From: Macrostomum lignano
Taxonomy: Eukaryota
Direction: 5' to 3'
Assembly (NCBI GenBank): GCA_002269645.1
Contig: NIVC01001999.1
Coordinates: 62,001-126,000, forward strand
DNA length: 64,000 nucleotides
Position 1 is the first letter of the stretch, and each line of letters starts with the position of its first letter. The position numbers and the translations under genes were made by a program. The notes under the pieces are model-generated. The model was not told where the DNA came from and ran no database searches. It saw only the letters and a program-made list of their open reading frames with translations. Shown piece by piece: positions 58,201-64,000 of the stretch.

Positions 58201-61200
58201 GATCTCGCATACAAGCGTCTGGACACGACTATGCGCGCTCTCTCGCGCCAACCGGATACGTTCGAGAAAGCATTTGCGATCATCCGTGAGCAGGAAGCTA
58301 CAGGTGTCATTGAGAAAGTGCCGGATGCCGACCTACAGCAAGATACTAACTGTCATTATCTTCCTCATAGCTGTGTTGTGAAAGCTGACAGTGAGCACAC
58401 AAAACTGCGTATTGTCTTTGACGGTTCTGCACGAACTTTCAGGGAAGATTATTCAATCAACGATCATCTACAAGTCGGTCCGACGGATTTTCCTCGCATT
58501 CCCGAGATTCTCCTGCGCTTTCGTCGTAACCCTATTGCTATTCTTGGTGACATTGAGAAAGCATTTCTCCAAATCTCTGTTCACGCTGGCGATCGCGATA
58601 TGCTGCGTTTTTTGTGGCCCGATTTGTCGGACGAAAGACAAATATGTCATTATCGATTTTGCCGTCTACCATTCGGTTTGACTTGTTCGCCAGGTGTGCT
58701 CCGAGCTACCATCCTGCGCCATCTGGACACGTTTGAGTCTGCTTTTCCGGAATGTGTCGGTATCGTTCGGAAAGACCTTTACGTCGATAATCTCGTAACC
58801 AGTTGTAGTTCGGACACAGAAGCTCTAGCTCTGTACCATGACGCTAAAAAATTGTTCGATCTGGCTGGTATGAATATGCGTCAGTGGATGTCGAATTCTA
58901 CCTCCTTCAACGCGCATCTTCCGGAGCAAGATGTGGGTCACGCCAAAAAAGTCCTTGGGCTCGTCTGGTGTTCGAGTAATGACGTCATTCGTATGGATTT
59001 CCGTGACTTGGCTTGCGTGCACAGTGAGCATTGTCCAACTAAGCGCTCAGTACTAAGTAAGCTGGCATCAGTGTACGATCCGCTTGGACTAGTGTCTCCA
59101 GCCGTAATCTCTGCCAAGATATTGCTTCAACAGTTGTGTGTCAGAAAAATCGACTGGGATGAGCCTCTCCCACCTGACATCTCCCAGGCTTGGCACTCCT
59201 GGCAGCAATCGTGGGATGGTTGCATCTTCGAGTTTCCTCGTTATTTCTTCCGCACGCTTGGTGCCAAGCCAACAAACATTCAACTGCACGGCTTCTGTGA
59301 TGCTAGTGAGTCAGCTTTTGCTGCTTGCATCTACGCGCGTGTTGCATCTGACGATGGCGCCGTCGACACCGTGCTCCTCATGGCTAAGTCTCGCGTTGCG
59401 CCGCTGCTGAATCTATCCATTGCTCGCTTGGAACTGCTAGGAGCCTTAATACTATCGCGCCTTATGCACCTGGTCTCACAACAATTCCCAGGCGCGGAGC
59501 GTTTCCTTTGGACTGACAGTTTAACGACACTCTGCTGGATCACTAACATAGAAAAGCTTCGCAAGGTGTTTGTTCAGAATCGGGTCCGAGAAATTCGTAG
59601 CTTAACCTCTGTTTCTGAATGGCGACATGTGCCAGGAGAGAATAATCCTGCCGACATTCCGTCTAGAGGCTGTCGACCAGAGAGTCTGCAGTCCAACACC
59701 CTCTGGATGCACGGCCCAGATTTTTTGAGTTCAGGAGACTTTCCGTCATCTCTAACTCCGTTTCCTCAACCGGTTGCCGAAGAGTCCACGTCTCAGTCTG
59801 GTACAGTGCTCCTTGCCTCTGTGGCTGCAGCCACGTTCCCTGATCGTGAGTCTGTTTTGGATTCCCCAACATCGGACGTTTCTTCGATTATTAATGTCGA
59901 GCGTTTCTCTAGTTTTAACAAGTTACTTCGCGTCACAGCTTGGGTCAGGCGTTTCGTTCTGAATTTAAAGGCCTCGTTGGCGCGGTCACCGCTACAAAAA
60001 TTCAATTTTGTGACCGCAGCAGAGCTGCACACGTGTGAAACACTCTGGCTCCGTTCTGCTCAACGTTCTGGATTCTCGAAAGAAATCGATCACCTCTCGA
60101 AACACTCGACAGCTACTCCGCTGTGCAGGGATCTAAATCTGGTTCTCGACGACGAAGGTTTGCTTCGATCGAAAGGACGAATCGGTGAAGCCTTTCCCTA
60201 TGAGACCAATTATCCAATTCTAATTCCTCGTCATTCTCACCTGGAGCAGCTCCTCATCAGGAGAGCTCATCAGTCAGTCGCGCACGGGGAGTCGCTCCCA
60301 CGCTCTGCAAGATTCGAGAGAAGTTTTGGGTACTCAAAGGTAGACAGCGAGTGAAGCAGGAGTTGTCTCGGTGTGTTGTATGTCGGAAGATTCAAGGGCG
60401 TACGTACACCGTGCCGGTCGTTTCCCAGTTACCGAACTTTCGTTTGGCGGATCTTCGCCCCTTTCAGACTGTTGGTATCGACTATTTTGGTCCGATTTTG
60501 TATCGGACGGGGGAGAGTGACGTCTCGACTAGTGAGCCTGCAAAAGGGTACGTGTTGCTCTTCACATGCTCGACCACTCGAGCAGTGCATTTGGAGCTGC
60601 TATCAGATATGTCAACTCGACAATTTCTTCACGGCTTGCGACGCTTTGTGGCGCGTCGTGGACTTCCTTCGTTGATCAGCGACAACGCAAAAACCTTCCG
60701 TTCAGCAGCTCGAATCCTCGGTGCCAGCACTAGCGATCAGGTGCAGGCGTTCTGTGCTGAAAGGAGAATTACCTGGCAGTTCATACCGGAAAGGGCCCCA
60801 TGGTGGGGCGGATTCTGGGAGCGGTTAGTTGGAGTCATTAAGGGCTCTTTGAAGAAAAGCATCGGCCGTGCTCAGTTAAACTTTGATCAGTTGTCGTCTA
60901 CAATCATCGAAATCGAAGCTATCATCAACAGTAGGCCATTGTTGTACGTCTCTGCCGATGACCGGAGTGAAGTTATTACTCCTTCACACTTTCTACTTGG
61001 AGTGCGACTCACTTGGGAACCTGATCAAGGTGCGACTCAGTCATCAACGCTGCTGTCACTACCTAGACGACTCGATCTTCTGCGCAACGCTCTGAATCGT
61101 TTCTGGAAGGTTTGGCAAGAGGACTACGTCACCGCTCTCCGCGAGAAGCCATTGCATGGGCAAGGATGTGGTCCCTTTCCGAAACCTGGTGACGTTGTGG

Positions 61201-63657
61201 TGGTGTGCGGTGAATCACACCAGCCGAGGCTGATGTGGAAGCTCGGTGTTGTTGAGTCGGTTTCTGTTGGTCGTGATGGTGTCAGTCGCTCTGCTCTGGT
61301 TCGTGTAGTTAGCGGTGTGGGAGCTAGGAGGGAGCGCATTAGGCGCCCGGTGCGAGCCTTGGTGCCACTCGAAGTCTCTGAGTAAATTTTGAAGTGTGAG
61401 AGTTCCATTTAAACTTTATTTTTCATCATTTCTATTTAATGATCGCGTCTTTTGCTTTCTGTTTCTTTGTTGCAAGAGGTGACTCGTTTAGCCTTGGTAG
61501 TTTTTTTGTTTCCTAGTGACAGTTACCTATTGGCCTTAGCGTCATCGTGTTATTTTCTCTAAATCACTAAGTGTTTTGTCACCAACCTTTTGTATGTTTC
61601 ATGTCATTTATTACAATTTTTTTTCATTGTTTGTCGAATCTTTAGTGATGATTGGTGAAGGAATCCTCAACTTTTTCAATGGTCTAAATTTTCTTATAAT
61701 GAAGTCATTGTCATTTCCTGTGTTTGTTTTTTTTGCGTTTTTTTGGAATTTTTGGTATCGGGAAAAATGTGATCATTTTTGGGGGAGTGTCGCGAAATTT
61801 CAGCTTGCGCTAATAGAATTCACTTGCTCCCTTTTCATTTTCTTCCATTCCCTGTGTGCCTAGTCCATCTTCTATCTACCGCGCTCTACGTACTGTACAT
61901 TCTTATCTTGTTTTCCGATTATCGATCGGTGAGTTTTCAGTCAGCCCCCCCCCCTCGGTCTCGTTAGAGCATTTTAGCCCTCGCCCTTCTTACCCATTTT
62001 CTTCTTATCTATTCTCTACCCCCCTCTCTCAACCACGCAATTACGCAAATAAATATACTGCTGGAGGAGCCTTTTCATCCTAACTTTGGTTTTCAAGTTG
62101 TTATTGTCAACGTATTCACTGGCCAGTGTTATTTCTTCAGTTATTTTTCTACATGAGGTGTGGGATCAGGCTCTGGGTGAGGTGTGGGATCAGGCTCTGA
62201 GTGGTGTGGGATCTGACTCTGGGTGAGGTGTGGGATCTGACTCTGGGTGAGGTGTGGGATCTGACTCTGGGTGAGGTGTGGGATCAGGTTCTGGGTGAGG
62301 TGTGGGATCAGGCTCTGGGTGAGGTGTGGGATCAGGCTCTTGGTGAGGTGTGGGATCAGGTTCTGGGTGAGGTGTGGGATCAGGCTCTGGGTGAGGTGTG
62401 ATGGCTCTGGGTGAGGTGTGGGATCAGGCTCTTGGTGAGGTGTGAGATCAGGCTCTGGGTGAGGTGTGATGGCTCTGGGTGAGGTGTGATGGCTCTGGGT
62501 GAGGTGTGATGGCTCTGGGTAAGGTGTGGGATCAGGCTCTGGGTGAGGTGTGGGATCAGGTTCTGGGTGAGGTGTGATGGCTCTGGGTGAGGTGTGATGG
62601 CTCTGGGTGAGGTGTGATGGTTCTGGGTGAGGTGTGGGATCAGGCTCTGGGTGAGGTGTGGGATCAGGCTCTGAGTGGTGTGGGATCTGACTCTGGGTGA
62701 GGTGTGGGATCTGACTCTGGGTGAGGTGTGGGATCTGACTCTGGGTGAGGTGTGGGATCAGGTTCTGGGTGAGGTGTGGGATCAGGCTCTGGGTGAGGTG
62801 TGGGATCAGGTTCTGGGTGAGGTGTGGGATCAGGCTCTGGGTGAGGTGTGGGATCAGGTTCTGGGTAAGGTGTGGGATCAGGTTCTGGGTGAAGTGTGGG
62901 ATCAGGCTCTGGGTGAGGTGTGGGATCATACCCTGGGTGAGGTGTGGGATCAGGCTCTGGGTGAGGTGTAGGATCAGGCTCTGGGTGAGGTGTGGGATCA
63001 GGCTCTAGATGAGGTGTGGGATCAGGCTCTTGGTGAGGTGTGGATCAGGTTCTGGGTGAGGTGTGGGATCAGGCTCTGGGTGAGGTGTGGGATCATACCC
63101 TGAGTGAGGTGTGGGATCAGGCTTTGGGTGAGGTGTGGGATCATACCCTGGGTGAGGTGTGGGATCAGGCTCTGGGTGAGGTGTGGGATCAGGCTCTAGG
63201 TGAGGTGTGGGATCAGGCTCTGGGTGAGGTGTGGGATCAGACTCTGGGTGAGGTGTGGGATCAGGCTCTGTGTGAGGTGTGGGATCAGACTCTGAGTGAG
63301 GTGTGGGATCAGACTCTGTGTGAGGTGTGGGATCAGGTTCTGGGTGAGGTGTGGGATCAGGCTCTGAGTGAGGTGTGGCCGTGTGGCACTAGATTGCGGC
63401 AAGCCCAGCCAGCTCACCCAGATGGTGCCCATGAGGTTGACATCCACAGTGGCCCGGATCTGCGCCTCCGTCAGGTCCAGCAGCGGCCGGCCCTGGAAGA
63501 CGCCGGCGTTGCTGACCAGGATGTCCAGCTTGCCGAAACGCCGGACAACGTCGGCCAGGCAGTCGGACACGCTGTCCGGCCGGGTGACGTCCATCTGGTA
63601 GCTGGCAGTCAGATAGCCCCGCGACTCCAGCGACTTGGCCGCGTCGTGGACGGCAGC
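52244..63657 (-). CDS. Short-chain dehydrogenase/reductase (retinol dehydrogenase / 17beta-HSD11-like), 5' end beyond the window; exons 63657-63418, 53308-53202, 53130-52963, 52513-52397, 52310-52244
   Basis: [22 protein letters not shown]|[20 protein letters not shown] and the catalytic Y|SASK. All junctions are GT-AG and phase-compatible. Confidence 0.9.
52545..52925. repeat. ~21-22-bp degenerate repeat (ATTGATTATCGATTGGCTGGG), SDR intron
   Basis: Direct reading. Confidence 0.85.
53340..54649. repeat. 20/24-bp minisatellite with a ~500-bp higher-order unit, left part (continues at 62154-63378)
   Basis: Units GTGATGGCTCTGGGTGAGGT and GTGGGATCAGGCTCTGGGTGAGGT. Confidence 0.95.
54650..55007 (+). 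repeat. 5' LTR (358 bp)
   Basis: TGTCGCG...TTCTACA; no difference seen from the 3' LTR apart from an 8-bp indel. Confidence 0.95.
55008..55019 (+). other. Primer-binding site (TGGCGCCCGACT), resembling a tRNA-Lys primer site
   Basis: Immediately after the 5' LTR; begins TGG, complementary to tRNA CCA. The tRNA identity rests on a ~10-nt resemblance only. Confidence 0.7.
55105..55330. repeat. 44-bp tandem repeat (5 copies) in the retrotransposon 5' UTR
   Basis: GAAT anchors at 55137, 55181, 55225, 55269 and 55313. Confidence 0.9.
55936..61385 (+). CDS. BEL/Pao gag-pol polyprotein with a 1-bp frameshift near 60286-60289
   Basis: [14 protein letters not shown] (DUF1759-like), three CCHC knuckles, protease LLDTAS, RT GDIEKAF / LPFGL / LYVDN, RNase [10 protein letters not shown]. 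Integrase HxxxxH-CxxC is restored by adding one G ([16 protein letters not shown]), then GIDYFGP, SDNAKTF, GFWERLV and C-terminal [10 protein letters not shown]. Confidence 0.9.
61788..62153 (+). repeat. 3' LTR (366 bp)
   Basis: Copy of 54650-55007 with 8 extra nt near 62040. Confidence 0.95.
62154..63378. repeat. 20/24-bp minisatellite, right part, SDR intron
   Basis: Continuation of the array interrupted by the LTR element. Confidence 0.95.
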
Positions 63658-63769
63658 CTGGTGTGGGAGGGATTTTCACATAGAAAATATTCACATAGAC
63701 AAAATGGGACTTCAGTACGACGAACATGAAATTCTGACGAAAGTGACCATGGGATTTTTTTAGGATCTC

Positions 63770-63995
63770 ACTGAGAATCTGGGAAGGTGGTGGTGGTCCA
63801 GCAACTAACACCCTGGAAGGCTGGCACAGCAACTGAGGATCTGGGAGGCTGGCCCAGCAACTGAGGATCTGGGAGGCTGGCCCAGCAACTGAGGATCTGG
63901 AAGGCTGGCCTAGCAACTGAGGATCTGGGGGGCCTGACCAGCAACTGAGGATCTGGAAGGCTGGCCCAGCAACTGAGGATCTGGAAGGCTGGCAT
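63770..63995. repeat. 28-bp minisatellite (GGCTGGCCCAGCAACTGAGGATCTGGGA), SDR intron
   Basis: Direct reading. Confidence 0.85.
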
Positions 63996-64000
63996 AGTAA

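Larger units (their letters stand above)
54650..62153 (+). mobile_element. BEL/Pao LTR retrotransposon, full length, recent
   Basis: TG...CA LTRs, 5-bp TSD TGAGG (54645-54649 and 62154-62158), PBS, purine tract GGGGGAG at 61781-61787, and a single gag-pol frame in BEL order (Gag-PR-RT-RH-IN). Confidence 0.95.

Noticed and set aside
58780-58800. RT motif YVDN instead of YxDD taken as an inactivating mutation
   Set aside because: YVDN occurs naturally in BEL/Pao reverse transcriptases, so it is not evidence of decay.
53804-63594. Repetitive ORFs (IPHLTQSL / EVWDQALG) appearing fused to the SDR exon
   Set aside because: Read-through past the donor at 63417 into the intronic minisatellite.

Overview
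Eukaryotic (metazoan, probably invertebrate) genomic DNA, not prokaryotic. GC-rich short exons sit among introns filled with intron-specific minisatellites; this resembles the flatworm Macrostomum, but that is an unverified guess. From left to right: (1) a Merlin/IS1595-like transposase remnant; (2) a near-intact Chapaev (RAG1/Transib-related) DNA transposon at 813-4269, with 218-bp TIRs, a 4-bp TSD and one premature stop, nested in other MITE-like repeats; (3) an M6/proteolipid gene and a fibrinogen-domain gene; (4) a ~30-kb minus-strand gene (16812-47225) for a strongly divergent IP3R/ryanodine-receptor-family Ca2+ channel, with a non-canonical pore and apparently a coding minisatellite; (5) two near-identical, inverted copies of a divergent actin gene, one nested in a channel intron, each with four CArG boxes; (6) an unannotated two-exon gene for a secreted, strongly cationic 65-aa peptide, antisense inside a channel intron; (7) an internally deleted tyrosine-recombinase (Crypton-like) element flanked by palindromes; (8) an SDR dehydrogenase gene with a young BEL/Pao LTR retrotransposon (54650-62153) in an intron, whose 5' UTR carries an antisense C2HC zinc-finger ORF. 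Most long low-complexity ORFs in the supplied track are tandem-repeat artefacts. All family assignments come from manual motif recognition; no searches were run.
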